From NCBI GenBank assembly GCA_022769665.1, contig JALEIR010000066.1, forward strand, positions 3,723 through 67,722: a stretch of DNA of 64,000 bases. Direction: 5' to 3'. Shown here in pieces: positions 19,821 through 30,377 of this stretch (the stretch's first letter is position 1; each line of letters begins with the position of its first letter). The position numbers and the translations under genes are program-made. Source of the DNA: Lachnospiraceae bacterium (GTDB lineage Bacteria > Bacillota > Clostridia > Lachnospirales > Lachnospiraceae). A model generated the notes under the pieces. That model was not told the DNA's origin. It was given only the letters and a program-made list of their open reading frames with translations, and searched no databases.

Positions 19821-22499
19821 ATGGCGGAACAGCAGATTGCGGTGGAAGATCTGACCCCCATGATGCAACAATACATGGAGACCAAAAAACAATATCAGGA
19901 TTGTATCCTTTTTTATCGTCTGGGAGATTTTTATGAAATGTTCTTTGATGATGCCCTGACAGCATCAAAAGAGTTGGAAATTACCCTGACGGGGAAGGCC
20001 TGCGGGTTAGAGGAAAGAGCCCCCATGTGCGGAATTCCTTATCATGCTGTCGAAGGATATTTGACCAAGTTAGTCAGCAAGGGATATAAAGTTGCAATTT
20101 GTGAGCAGATGGAAGATCCAAAACTGGCAAAGGGTCTGGTAAAAAGGGAAGTCATTCGAATCGTGACTCCGGGAACCAACTTAAATGTACAGTCTCTGGA
20201 AGAATCTAAAAATAATTTTTTGATGTGCATTACGTATACCCCCACTAAAATAGGAATATCCGTTGCTGATGTTACAACAGGAGATTACTATTTGACAGAG
20301 GTGGAGGATTTAAAGAAGCTGAATGATGAGCTTATGAAATATGAGCCCTCAGAAATTGTATGTAATGAAGCTTTTCTGGTGAGCGGATTTGATGTAGATA
20401 ACCTGAAGACCAAATATCATATCTCTGTTAACGCACTGGAACCTCATATTTTTGATGACGAGGGATGTAAACGTATATTACTGCGTCATTTTAAGGTAAA
20501 TACATTAATCGGCTTGGGAATAGAGGATTTTCCCGTAGGTATGATTGCAGCCGGAGCCTTGCTTCAGTATCTTTATGATACTCAAAAGACGGATTTGGCT
20601 CATTTTACACATATTTACCCGTATCTTACAAACAAATATATGTTGTTGGACAGTGCTACAAGGAGAAATCTGGAGCTTGCGGAAACGCTTAGGGACAAGC
20701 AGAAAAGAGGCTCTCTTCTCTGGGTGCTGGATAAAACAAAAACTGCCATGGGCGGAAGGCTTCTTCGAAGCATGTTGGAGCAGCCTCTGATTGATAAGGC
20801 AGAGATGGAGAAGCGACTGGATGCTATTGAAGAATTGTGTAAGGACAGTGTTTCCAGAGATGAGATAAGGGAATATTTAAATCCGATATACGATTTGGAA
20901 AGGCTGTTGAGTAAGGTGACTTATAAAACGGCAAACCCAAGAGATTTTATTGCATTTCGCAATTCCCTGGAGATGCTTCCTGCCATCAAAAAGGTTCTCA
21001 AAGCCTTTGAAAAGGAAGAACTGACATCCATTGAGAAGGAGATTGACGGACTTGAGGATATTTATCAGTTGATTCTGAATTCCATTGAGGAAGAACCTCC
21101 CATTACGATTCGTGAGGGAGGGATGATAAAGGATGGTTTTGATGAGACGATTGATATGCTCAGGAGAGCAAAGCACGACGGGAAAAAGTGGCTTGCTGAG
21201 CTGGAAGAGCAGGATCGTGAGAGAACAGGCATCAAGAATCTTCGTATCAAGTATAATAAAGTCTTCGGATATTACTTTGAGGTGACCAATTCATATAAGG
21301 ATTTAGTGCCGGATGATTACATCCGGAAGCAGACACTGGCTAACGCAGAGAGATATACCACACCACGTTTGAAAGAGTTGGAGGACACAATATTAAATGC
21401 GGAAGATAAGCTGACAACGCTGGAATATGATCTTTTCTGCAAAATCCGGGAATCTATTGCAATGGAGCTTGAGCGTATTCAGCGTACGGCGAAAGCAATT
21501 GCAAGATTGGACGTATATGCCTCTCTCTCTCTGGTCTCGGAAAGAAATCATTATGTGCGTCCGAAGCTGAATGAAAAAGGCGTCATCGACATAAAGGATG
21601 GGCGGCATCCGGTTGTAGAGCAGATGATTAACAACGATATGTTTATTGCAAATGATACCTATCTGGACAACGGAAGCCATTGTATCAGTATCATCACAGG
21701 CCCCAATATGGCTGGTAAATCTACGTATATGAGGCAGACTGCCCTGATTGTGCTCATGGCGCAGGTAGGCTGCTTCGTGCCGGCGAAGAGCGCAAATATT
21801 GGTATTGTAGACAGAATTTTTACGAGAGTCGGTGCTTCCGATGATCTGGCCAGCGGACAATCTACCTTTATGGTAGAAATGAATGAGGTGGCAAATATTT
21901 TACGGAATGCCACATCAAACAGCTTGTTGATTCTGGACGAAATCGGACGCGGAACTTCTACCTTCGATGGATTGAGTATTGCCTGGGCTGTGATTGAACA
22001 TATCAGCAATCGTAAGCTTTTGGGAGCTAAGACATTGTTTGCAACCCATTATCATGAGTTAACCGAACTGGAAGGTAAGATGAGTAATGTAAACAATTAT
22101 TGCATTGCAGTGAAGGAATGCGGGGACGATATTGTATTCTTAAGAAAAATAATCAAGGGTGGAGCGGACAGGAGTTACGGTATTCAGGTTGCCAAGCTGG
22201 CCGGAGTCCCCGACATGGTTATCGACAGGGCAAAGGAGATTGTGGAGCAGCTCACCGACAATGATATTACGGAAAAGATTCAAAGTATCGCGGTGGATGT
22301 GAAGGGAGATAGCAAAGCGAAAAAGCAGCCGAAGCTGGACGAAGTGGATTTGGCACAGATGTCTCTGTTTGACACTGTGACGGATGAAGATGTGTTGAAA
22401 GAACTGATGGAGGTTGAAGTAAACACTATGTCTCCCCTGGATGCATTAAATACGCTTTACAGGCTGCAGAATAAGCTGAAGAACCGCTGGCAGGGATGA
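19821..22499 (+). CDS. mutS: DNA mismatch repair protein MutS
   Basis: TPMMQQY, FYRLGDFYE, GPNMAGKST, DEIGRGT, THYHEL. Confidence 0.97.
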   Translation: MAEQQIAVEDLTPMMQQYMETKKQYQDCILFYRLGDFYEMFFDDALTASKELEITLTGKACGLEERAPMCGIPYHAVEGYLTKLVSKGYKVAICEQMEDPKLAKGLVKREVIRIVTPGTNLNVQSLEESKNNFLMCITYTPTKIGISVADVTTGDYYLTEVEDLKKLNDELMKYEPSEIVCNEAFLVSGFDVDNLKTKYHISVNALEPHIFDDEGCKRILLRHFKVNTLIGLGIEDFPVGMIAAGALLQYLYDTQKTDLAHFTHIYPYLTNKYMLLDSATRRNLELAETLRDKQKRGSLLWVLDKTKTAMGGRLLRSMLEQPLIDKAEMEKRLDAIEELCKDSVSRDEIREYLNPIYDLERLLSKVTYKTANPRDFIAFRNSLEMLPAIKKVLKAFEKEELTSIEKEIDGLEDIYQLILNSIEEEPPITIREGGMIKDGFDETIDMLRRAKHDGKKWLAELEEQDRERTGIKNLRIKYNKVFGYYFEVTNSYKDLVPDDYIRKQTLANAERYTTPRLKELEDTILNAEDKLTTLEYDLFCKIRESIAMELERIQRTAKAIARLDVYASLSLVSERNHYVRPKLNEKGVIDIKDGRHPVVEQMINNDMFIANDTYLDNGSHCISIITGPNMAGKSTYMRQTALIVLMAQVGCFVPAKSANIGIVDRIFTRVGASDDLASGQSTFMVEMNEVANILRNATSNSLLILDEIGRGTSTFDGLSIAWAVIEHISNRKLLGAKTLFATHYHELTELEGKMSNVNNYCIAVKECGDDIVFLRKIIKGGADRSYGIQVAKLAGVPDMVIDRAKEIVEQLTDNDITEKIQSIAVDVKGDSKAKKQPKLDEVDLAQMSLFDTVTDEDVLKELMEVEVNTMSPLDALNTLYRLQNKLKNRWQG

Positions 22500-22577
22500 A
22501 AGACTCCTGACGGAATAAGTTGTAATGACGGGAAAATTTTTGAGTGGATAAAAGCGGGAATTTAGAAAGGATTTCAG

Positions 22578-24581
22578 ATGGCACAGATACATATCCTGGA
22601 TTCTGAGACAATCGATAAGATAGCGGCAGGGGAAGTGGTGGAACGTCCCTCCAGTGTGGTAAAAGAACTGGTAGAAAATGCTATTGATGCGGGAGCAACT
22701 GCGATTACCGTTGAAGCAAAAGAAGGCGGCATAGAGTTTATAAGAGTGACGGATAATGGCTGCGGTATGGAGAGAAAACAGCTTCGAACGGCATTTTTAC
22801 GCCATGCAACCAGCAAAATTGAAAATGCAGAAGATCTGATGCGGATTTCCAGCCTGGGTTTTAGAGGAGAAGCATTATCCAGTATTGCAGCGGTAGCAAA
22901 AGTGGAGGTTATCACAAAAACTGCTGACAGTGTGACGGGGAGCAGAATTTTGCTGGAAGGCGGGAGAGAAATCAGTTTTGATGAGGTTGGAGCTCCCGAC
23001 GGAACTACATTTTTAATGAGAAATCTCTTTTACAATACCCCCGTCAGACGTAAATTCTTAAAGCAGCCTGCAACAGAAGGCAGCTATATAGCTGATTTAA
23101 TGGAGCATCTTGCTCTATCCAGACCGGATATCTCATTTAAACTGGTCATGGGTAACCAGATGAAGTTTCACACATCCGGAAATGGAGACCTCCGGGAAGT
23201 AATTTATCGGATTTACGGACGGGATGTTGCAAATCAACTTGTACCGATTCAAACGGAACAGGACGGGATTAAGATAGAAGGCTATCTTGGGAAACCGGTT
23301 CAGGTACGTTCCAACAGAAATTTTGAGATTTATTTTATCAACGGAAGATTCATCCGAAGCAACATTGTTTCCAGAGCAGTGGAAGAAGGCTATAAAGAAT
23401 ATCTGATGCAGCATAAATTTCCGTTTTGTGTGCTGCATATCACCATGGATACAAACCGGGTGGATGTCAATGTACATCCTACAAAGATGGATGTACGTTT
23501 TACCAATGCCATGGGCTTCAGCGCTTATCTTTGCGGTTCAGTGAAGTATGCACTGAAACATCATGAAATGATACCGGAAGCATTACTCTCTGATGAAAGG
23601 GAGCAAAAGGCGGAGGAAAGACAGGAGAAAATACAGCGCGAGAAAGAAAAAACGCCGGAACCTTTTGAACGAAAAAGGAGTGTCGCCTATCGTGTTGAAG
23701 AAGAGACCAGGTATGAAGCGCAGCGTACCAAAATGCAGGAATTTATTCAAAATCCTGTATGGACAAGGGTAAAAGGTAATGAAGAATCGATTCATACAGA
23801 GGAAGAAGCTCCTAAAATGCAACAAAATCAGTCAATATCGGAAGATATCGAGACATTCTTTACAGAGACCTCGGAGTTCCGAAAAATGCCTGATAAGCAT
23901 CAGACAGCTGAGATAACATCCTACAGTGAACCCGAACAGAAAGAGGCGGAAAATACTCAACTTAATCTTTTTGAGGAGAAGCTTCTCACGGAGGACAATC
24001 GTTCTAGATTTCGAATTATCGGACAGGTATTTGAAACATACTGGCTGATTGAATTTGAAAACAAACTTTTGATGATAGATCAGCATGCAGCACATGAAAA
24101 GGTTAATTATGAGCGACTGATGAAACAGTTTCACGAAAAAAATGTGGTATCCCAGTCACTGATGCCTCCGGTAGTTGTCAGCCTGTCTGCCCGTGAAGAA
24201 TCCGTATTAAATGAAAATATGGAAGTGTTTTCCGAATTGGGATTTGAAATAGAAAGCTTCGGAGGCAGCGAATATGCTCTGAGAAGTGTTCCGGCTGATT
24301 TGTACGGCTGTGAGGAAAAGGAAATGTTTTTGGAAGTGCTGGATCAGCTTGCAGAAGGGGGAAACTTTGGCGGAATCCGTGTCGTTGAAGAGAAAATTGC
24401 TTCCATGTCATGCAAAGCGGCGGTTAAAGGAAATAATTGCTTAAGTCTGCAGGAAGCGGAAGCTTTGATTGATGAACTGCTTACTTTGGAGAATCCATAT
24501 AATTGTCCGCATGGAAGACCGACTATTGTTACCATGACAAAGGCGGAGATGGATAAAAAGTTCAAGAGAATCGTCAATTAA
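22578..24581 (+). CDS. mutL: DNA mismatch repair endonuclease MutL
   Basis: IAAGEVVERP, GFRGEAL, DQHAAHE, CPHGRP. Confidence 0.97.
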   Translation: MAQIHILDSETIDKIAAGEVVERPSSVVKELVENAIDAGATAITVEAKEGGIEFIRVTDNGCGMERKQLRTAFLRHATSKIENAEDLMRISSLGFRGEALSSIAAVAKVEVITKTADSVTGSRILLEGGREISFDEVGAPDGTTFLMRNLFYNTPVRRKFLKQPATEGSYIADLMEHLALSRPDISFKLVMGNQMKFHTSGNGDLREVIYRIYGRDVANQLVPIQTEQDGIKIEGYLGKPVQVRSNRNFEIYFINGRFIRSNIVSRAVEEGYKEYLMQHKFPFCVLHITMDTNRVDVNVHPTKMDVRFTNAMGFSAYLCGSVKYALKHHEMIPEALLSDEREQKAEERQEKIQREKEKTPEPFERKRSVAYRVEEETRYEAQRTKMQEFIQNPVWTRVKGNEESIHTEEEAPKMQQNQSISEDIETFFTETSEFRKMPDKHQTAEITSYSEPEQKEAENTQLNLFEEKLLTEDNRSRFRIIGQVFETYWLIEFENKLLMIDQHAAHEKVNYERLMKQFHEKNVVSQSLMPPVVVSLSAREESVLNENMEVFSELGFEIESFGGSEYALRSVPADLYGCEEKEMFLEVLDQLAEGGNFGGIRVVEEKIASMSCKAAVKGNNCLSLQEAEALIDELLTLENPYNCPHGRPTIVTMTKAEMDKKFKRIVN

Positions 24582-24614
24582 TCATCCTTTAAATGAAGGG
24601 AGGTGCTCAGATTA

Positions 24615-25616
24615 ATGAATGTTTTATTTGAAAAAAATGAAAATGAGCGTCGTCCCATGATTGTACTTACGGGACCTACGGCTGTCGGTAAAACAAAACT
24701 TTCCATCGCGTTGGCGAAAGCTGTTGACGGTGAGATTATCTCAGCGGATTCCATGCAGGTCTACCGCTATATGGATATCGGTTCCGCAAAAATCACACCG
24801 GGAGAAATGGAGGGAGTACCTCATCATTTAATCGATATTTTGGAGCCTTGGGAGTCCTTCAATGTGGTCATTTTTAAGGAAAAATGTGAGGAGGCTTTAA
24901 AGGGAATCTATGAGCGTGGGCATATACCCATTGTGACCGGCGGAACAGGATTTTATATTCAGGCACTTTTGAGGGACATTGATTTTACGGAGAATGAGGA
25001 AAATACGGAATACAGGGAATACTTGGAAAAACTGGCAGCCGATAAGGGAGCGGAGTATCTGCATGAAATGCTTTTGAAGGTTGACCCTGCTTCAGCAGAA
25101 GCAATTCATGCAAACAATGTTAAACGTACAATCAGAGCGCTGGAATTTTTCAAACAGACAGGAGAACAGATTTCTAAACATAATGAGCAGGAAAAGGAAA
25201 AGACAAGTGTTTATAATTCCTGCTATTTTGTACTGAATGATGAGCGTGAAAAACTTTATGCACGTATTGAACAGCGTATAGACGAAATGTTGCAAGCAGG
25301 GCTTGTTGAAGAAGTTCGGTCTCTGAAAAAAATGGGATGCGAAAAAGGGATGGTTTCCATGCAGGGGCTGGGGTATAAAGAGCTTTTAGCCTGGCTGGAC
25401 GGGGAGTGCACCTATGAACAGGCAGTGGAGATTCTGAAACGTGATACAAGGCACTTTGCAAAACGTCAGCTGACCTGGTTCCGCAGAGAAAAAGATGTAA
25501 TTTGGGTCAACAAAAATGATTTTCATTATGATGAAGATAAAATATTGGAATTTATGCTTAATGAGTTGAAAAACAGAAAAATTGTAAAAAACGGAATGGA
25601 GCAAGGATTAAGATGA
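24615..25616 (+). CDS. miaA: tRNA dimethylallyltransferase
   Basis: GPTAVGKT, SADSMQVY, GGTGFY, RHFAKRQLTWF. Confidence 0.96.
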   Translation: MNVLFEKNENERRPMIVLTGPTAVGKTKLSIALAKAVDGEIISADSMQVYRYMDIGSAKITPGEMEGVPHHLIDILEPWESFNVVIFKEKCEEALKGIYERGHIPIVTGGTGFYIQALLRDIDFTENEENTEYREYLEKLAADKGAEYLHEMLLKVDPASAEAIHANNVKRTIRALEFFKQTGEQISKHNEQEKEKTSVYNSCYFVLNDEREKLYARIEQRIDEMLQAGLVEEVRSLKKMGCEKGMVSMQGLGYKELLAWLDGECTYEQAVEILKRDTRHFAKRQLTWFRREKDVIWVNKNDFHYDEDKILEFMLNELKNRKIVKNGMEQGLR

Positions 25617-26019
25617 AGCCATCAATTTATTTCTTTTCCGGTCCCTGCGGATGCGGAAAGTCAACATTGGCTGACGCATATGCAAGAAAGCTTATATTTG
25701 ATGGGGTAAGAAATCAGGTTTATGTCATTCACGGCGATGACTTTATGAACGGATTTATCAAGACGGAAGAATACGAAGCACAGTTGTATTATGTTGTGTT
25801 GACAGCTTCGGAAGAAACATTAAAGCAGAAGATTGCAGACCGGGGGATATTGAAATAACCGAACGCTCCCTGTTCCCGAAAAATGAGCTGGATCATATGC
25901 CGGAAAATCAGGGGCATCTTTTTGAGAATACCTGGATGACGGTGGAACAGGAGTTGTCAGAACTGGATATAAATCGCTTTTTAGTAGGAAAGGAACAGGA
26001 GGAAGGCGTCAGCCGATAA
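25613..26019 (+). pseudogene. Frameshifted P-loop kinase/AAA-like gene remnant
   Basis: Walker A GPCGCGKST. Frame 1 stops at 25858, but a -1 shift in the G5 run (25842-25846) continues as RGD-IEITERSLFPKNELDHMPENQGHLFENTWMTVEQE...* to 26019. Confidence 0.65.
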
Positions 26020-26023
26020 TGAA

Positions 26024-27322
26024 ATGAGTGAATTGAAGGAAATGTATGCCCGCATGGGGATAAAACAGGAAGTGTATGAGTACGGAAAAGCAGTTTTGGA
26101 AAAACTGGAATCCCGGTTCCGGGAAATTGATCAAAATGCGGAATACAATCAGCTTAAGGTTGTTAGGGCTATGCAGGAATGTCGGGTCAGTGAGGCATGT
26201 CTGCTTGGAACAACCGGATACGGCTATAATGATTTGGGCAGAGATACTCTGGAACAGGTTTACGCAGAGGTATTTCATACGGAGGATGCTCTGGTACGCC
26301 CCCAGATTACCTGTGGAACACACGCTCTTGCGCTGGCATTGATGAGTAATCTGCGTCCGGGAGATGAGCTCCTGTCTCCTGTGGGAAAGCCATATGATAC
26401 GCTTGAGGAGGTAATCGGGATCAGGCCTTCCAAAGGCTCTCTTGCAGAGTACGGAATTACTTACAGGCAGGTTGATTTACTTGAGGATGGAAATTTTGAC
26501 TATGAGAATATTAAAAAGGCAATTAATCCTAAAACAAAACTTGTAACAATTCAGCGTTCCAAGGGCTATCAGACCAGACCTACACTGTCGGTGAAACGCA
26601 TAGGAGAATTAATATCTTTTATAAAGGGTATTAAATCGGATGTCATCTGCATGGTGGACAACTGTTACGGTGAATTTGTGGAAATTACAGAACCAAGTGA
26701 TGTGGGCGCAGATATGGTAGTGGGGTCTCTGATTAAAAATCCCGGCGGAGGACTGGCGCCTATTGGCGGATATATTGCAGGAAAGAAGGATTGTGTCGAG
26801 AATGCCGCATTTCGGCTGACCTCTCCCGGGCTTGGCAAGGAGGTGGGCGCATCTCTTGGCGTTTTGAAGGATTTCTATCAGGGACTTTTTCTTGCGCCGA
26901 CAGTGACCGCATCTGCATTGAAGGGTGCTGTGTTTGCTGCTAATTTGTATGAACCGCTGGGATATGCAGTGGTGCCGAACAGCACTGAAAGCAGACACGA
27001 CATTATTCAGGCTATCACTTTCGGTACACCTGAAGGAGTCATTGCTTTTTGCCAGGGAATTCAGGCTGCAGCCTCTGTTGACAGTCATGTGACACCGGAG
27101 CCATGGGATATGCCCGGATATGATTCGAAGGTAATTATGGCGGCAGGTGCTTTCGTATCGGGGTCCTCCATCGAACTTTCGGCAGACGGTCCGATAAAGC
27201 CTCCGTATGCCGTATATTTTCAGGGCGGGCTTACCTGGCAGCATGCAAAGTTTGGAATTTTAAAATCTCTTCAGGCAATTGTCGATAAAGGGTTGGTGGA
27301 TCCGAAAAGACTGAAACTGTAG
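26024..27322 (+). CDS. Methionine gamma-lyase family / aluminium-resistance protein (YnbB-like)
   Basis: TGYGYNDLGRD, RPQITCGTHA, DNCYGEF, GSLIKNPGGG. Confidence 0.92.
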   Translation: MSELKEMYARMGIKQEVYEYGKAVLEKLESRFREIDQNAEYNQLKVVRAMQECRVSEACLLGTTGYGYNDLGRDTLEQVYAEVFHTEDALVRPQITCGTHALALALMSNLRPGDELLSPVGKPYDTLEEVIGIRPSKGSLAEYGITYRQVDLLEDGNFDYENIKKAINPKTKLVTIQRSKGYQTRPTLSVKRIGELISFIKGIKSDVICMVDNCYGEFVEITEPSDVGADMVVGSLIKNPGGGLAPIGGYIAGKKDCVENAAFRLTSPGLGKEVGASLGVLKDFYQGLFLAPTVTASALKGAVFAANLYEPLGYAVVPNSTESRHDIIQAITFGTPEGVIAFCQGIQAAASVDSHVTPEPWDMPGYDSKVIMAAGAFVSGSSIELSADGPIKPPYAVYFQGGLTWQHAKFGILKSLQAIVDKGLVDPKRLKL

Positions 27323-27466
27323 CATATCGTCGAAAAAGATAAAAATTAATTCTTTGATTTTTGTGTACAGCCCTTTGATTTTGTGGTACTATATAAAGAC
27401 GTATGGAACGTATTTACCAAGGGTGGAAAAACTGCCTGGAATACTAAGGAAAGATGAGGAGTAATC

Positions 27467-27706
27467 TTGAAAAAAAGTAGTTGGTTGCCGGTTCTGCTTG
27501 TATTGGTGGGCTTTGTAATCGGCGGATTTATCGGTTCTTATTTTGAAGGCAGTTTCTTAAATTATGGGAAAGCTTTTGGATTGAGTTCACCTATTGTACT
27601 GGATATGGGATTTTTTGTCCTGACCTTCGGCCTGACAATCAACATAACCATTGCAAGTGTTATCGGTGTAGTACTGGCGCTGGTTGTCTATCGTTTCATC
27701 CGTTAG
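27467..27706 (+). CDS. Small membrane protein (DUF4321-like)
   Basis: TTG start with GAGGAG RBS. Hydrophobic 79 aa with LDMGFFVLTFGLTINITIAS; typical position upstream of radC. Confidence 0.75.
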   Translation: MKKSSWLPVLLVLVGFVIGGFIGSYFEGSFLNYGKAFGLSSPIVLDMGFFVLTFGLTINITIASVIGVVLALVVYRFIR

Positions 27707-27751
27707 TTGTGTAAATTCATGATGTGTCGGAGAAGGTAGAAGGAGACACAC

Positions 27752-28450
27752 GTGAAAAAAAGGACTACCGAAATTGTTCAGGAACTTCCATATGAGAGAT
27801 TTCTGCGCTTTGGCCCCGAAAATCTGACGGAAGCCGAACTGTTGGCAATCATCATCCGAACGGGTACAAAGGAAAGCAGTGCTCTGCAACTTGCCGAACG
27901 GGTTTTACAGTTGACCCGATATCCGAAAGAAGGTCTGCTGGGGCTACATGATTTGACGTTGGAAGAACTGAAAAGTGTCAAAGGTATCGGTGAAGTAAAA
28001 GCAATAAAACTGAAATGTATTGCCGAACTTTCCAAAAGAATCAGCACAGCGTCCGCCAGCGAAGGAATCTGTTTTCAGACATCAGCTCAGGTGGCAGCCT
28101 GTTATATGGAACAGCTCAGACATCGTGCCACGGAATGTGTGATTTTATTATGCCTTGATACAAAATGCAGGCTTATCCGTGAAACAAAGCTGTCAGAGGG
28201 AAGTGTGAGAATGTCTCTGATATCACCGAGAGAGATTTTTTTGGAGGCATTTGAGGCAAAAGCGGTTAATATTCTGCTGATTCACAATCATCCCAGCGGA
28301 GACCCAACTCCCAGCGCAAGCGATATAAAACTGACAGATATTGTCAGGGAGATGGGTGATAAAATGGGCATACCATTGTTGGATCATATCATTATAGGAG
28401 ATAATATTTATATCAGTTTCAAGGAGAAATTCTGGCTCCTGAACAAGTGA
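27752..28450 (+). CDS. radC: RadC/JAB-domain protein
   Basis: HhH motif KGIGEVKA and JAB motif HNHPSGDPTPSASD. Confidence 0.93.
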   Translation: MKKRTTEIVQELPYERFLRFGPENLTEAELLAIIIRTGTKESSALQLAERVLQLTRYPKEGLLGLHDLTLEELKSVKGIGEVKAIKLKCIAELSKRISTASASEGICFQTSAQVAACYMEQLRHRATECVILLCLDTKCRLIRETKLSEGSVRMSLISPREIFLEAFEAKAVNILLIHNHPSGDPTPSASDIKLTDIVREMGDKMGIPLLDHIIIGDNIYISFKEKFWLLNK

Positions 28451-28485
28451 TTTTCATTATTTACGATTAGAAAGGGGTTGTCATT

Positions 28486-29496
28486 TTGGCAAACAATGCA
28501 TTTGGTATCGACCTTGGTACAAACAACATCAAAATTTACAGCAGGAGTGATGACAGTATTCTTATTGAAAAGAATATGATTGCCATTGAAAACAAAAATA
28601 CTCTGTTTGCTTACGGGGATTCTGCATTTGAAATGTATGAGAAAGCACCCGGAAATATTCATATTTCTTATCCGCTTTCAAACGGCGTTATTGCAGACAT
28701 AAAGAATATGGAAACTCTAGTGCGTTATTTTATCAATGATTTGCAGAAAGGGAATACAAAACCTGCAGATTTCTTTATTGCTGTTCCGACAGATGTAACA
28801 GAGGTTGAAAAGAGGGCATTTTACGACCTTATAAAGGATGCCGGGGTAAAGGCCAGGAAAATTATGGTTGTAGAAAAGGCTGTGGCAGACGGACTCGGTC
28901 AGGATATTGACGTGAAGAATTCCCAGGGTGTGCTGGTGGTGAACGTTGGATATGAAACCACTGAAATCTCCATCCTGTCCCTGGGCGGAATCGTATTAAG
29001 CCGATTGATAAAGACAGGGGGTCAAAAGTTCGATGAGGCAATCAAAAATGCCGTTAGAAGAGAATTCAGTCTGATAATCGGTGGCAAAACAGCAGAGACT
29101 GTTAAGATTTCCTTAAATGAGCTGGAAGAGGACGGAAGAGGCGCCATTGTTTACGGGCGCGATATCGTAACAGGTCTTCCGGTGGAGAGAGAAATTCCCA
29201 CAAAACTGGTGGATGAATGTTTGGAAGAGCATTTCAATACAATCGTCGACAATGTTAAGGTTATTCTGGAGCGAACCCCGCCGGAACTTGCGGCTGATAT
29301 TTATCGTCATGGTATCTATCTGACAGGTGGCGCATCTCAGGTAAGTCATCTGGCTGAGAGAATGGCTTCCGGTACGGGCCTGAAGGTAAATGTATCGGAA
29401 AATCCTACAACAAGTGTAGTTTTGGGACTTGCTAAAATTATCAAGGACGATAACTATAAATCCGTAGCTTATGCAATTGAAGGGATGAGTAAATGA
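28486..29496 (+). CDS. mreB: Rod shape-determining actin-like protein
   Basis: GIDLGT, GGQKFDEAI, LTGGAS; lies upstream of mreC and mreD. Confidence 0.9.
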   Translation: MANNAFGIDLGTNNIKIYSRSDDSILIEKNMIAIENKNTLFAYGDSAFEMYEKAPGNIHISYPLSNGVIADIKNMETLVRYFINDLQKGNTKPADFFIAVPTDVTEVEKRAFYDLIKDAGVKARKIMVVEKAVADGLGQDIDVKNSQGVLVVNVGYETTEISILSLGGIVLSRLIKTGGQKFDEAIKNAVRREFSLIIGGKTAETVKISLNELEEDGRGAIVYGRDIVTGLPVEREIPTKLVDECLEEHFNTIVDNVKVILERTPPELAADIYRHGIYLTGGASQVSHLAERMASGTGLKVNVSENPTTSVVLGLAKIIKDDNYKSVAYAIEGMSK

Positions 29497-30365
29497 GCCC
29501 AGTAATAAAACGGAAAGGGGAGAGTTTTACTTTGCCGAGTAAATATCTCCTCTTAATTTTGACAATTCTCTGTACTATGCTGATGTTGGTAACCTTTGGT
29601 ACGGATGTATTTAACAAACCATTAAATTCTGTCGTGGGATATGTGATTGTACCTTTTCAACAGGGTATCGGCAAGGTCGGCGGATGGCTTTCCAACCGTT
29701 CGGAAGAGTTGATACAAATTCGTACTCTTTTGGATGAAAATGCAAAATTGAAAGAAGAAGTTGCCAGACTGACTGAGGAGAATACGCTGCTGCAGCAGGA
29801 TAAATATGAATTAAATAATCTTCGTGAACTGATGGAACTGAGCGAACAGTACGGAGAGTATAATAAAGTAGGTGCCAGAATCATTGCCAGAGATTCCGGT
29901 AACTGGTATTCCTCTTTTATCATTGACAAAGGAAGCAATTCCGGTTTTTCTGTAGATATGAATGTGATTGCGGGCGGCGGACTTGTAGGAAGAATAACAT
30001 CCGTCGGGCCGAATTGGTCAAGGGTGACGTCTATTATTTCTGACAACAGCAATGTAAGCGGTATGACCCTTGCAACGGAAAATAACTTGATTGTATCCGG
30101 TGACCTGAAGTTAATGGCGGAAAACTGTATTACCTTTTCTCAACTTGTTGACAGCCAGAATCTTGTTGCGGAGGGAGATAAGGTTGTAACCTCAAACATC
30201 AGTGATAAATTTTTGCCGAATATTTTAATCGGATATATCAGTTCTATTGATATTGATGCAAATAATCTGACTAAATCAGGGCGGATTACTCCTGCGGTGG
30301 ACTTTGAACATCTGGAGGAGGTTCTTGTCATCACGGATATGAAACAGACTGTGTCAGAAGAATAA
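29493..30365 (+). CDS. mreC: Rod shape-determining protein MreC
   Basis: TM plus coiled coil, IIDKGS, GGLVGRI, VVTSN. Confidence 0.92.
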   Translation: MSPVIKRKGESFTLPSKYLLLILTILCTMLMLVTFGTDVFNKPLNSVVGYVIVPFQQGIGKVGGWLSNRSEELIQIRTLLDENAKLKEEVARLTEENTLLQQDKYELNNLRELMELSEQYGEYNKVGARIIARDSGNWYSSFIIDKGSNSGFSVDMNVIAGGGLVGRITSVGPNWSRVTSIISDNSNVSGMTLATENNLIVSGDLKLMAENCITFSQLVDSQNLVAEGDKVVTSNISDKFLPNILIGYISSIDIDANNLTKSGRITPAVDFEHLEEVLVITDMKQTVSEE

Positions 30366-30377
30366 CCGGGAGGACTT

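Noticed and set aside
27752-28450. radC as a mobile-element anti-restriction gene
   Set aside because: Full-length HhH plus JAB form in the canonical radC-mreBCD operon.
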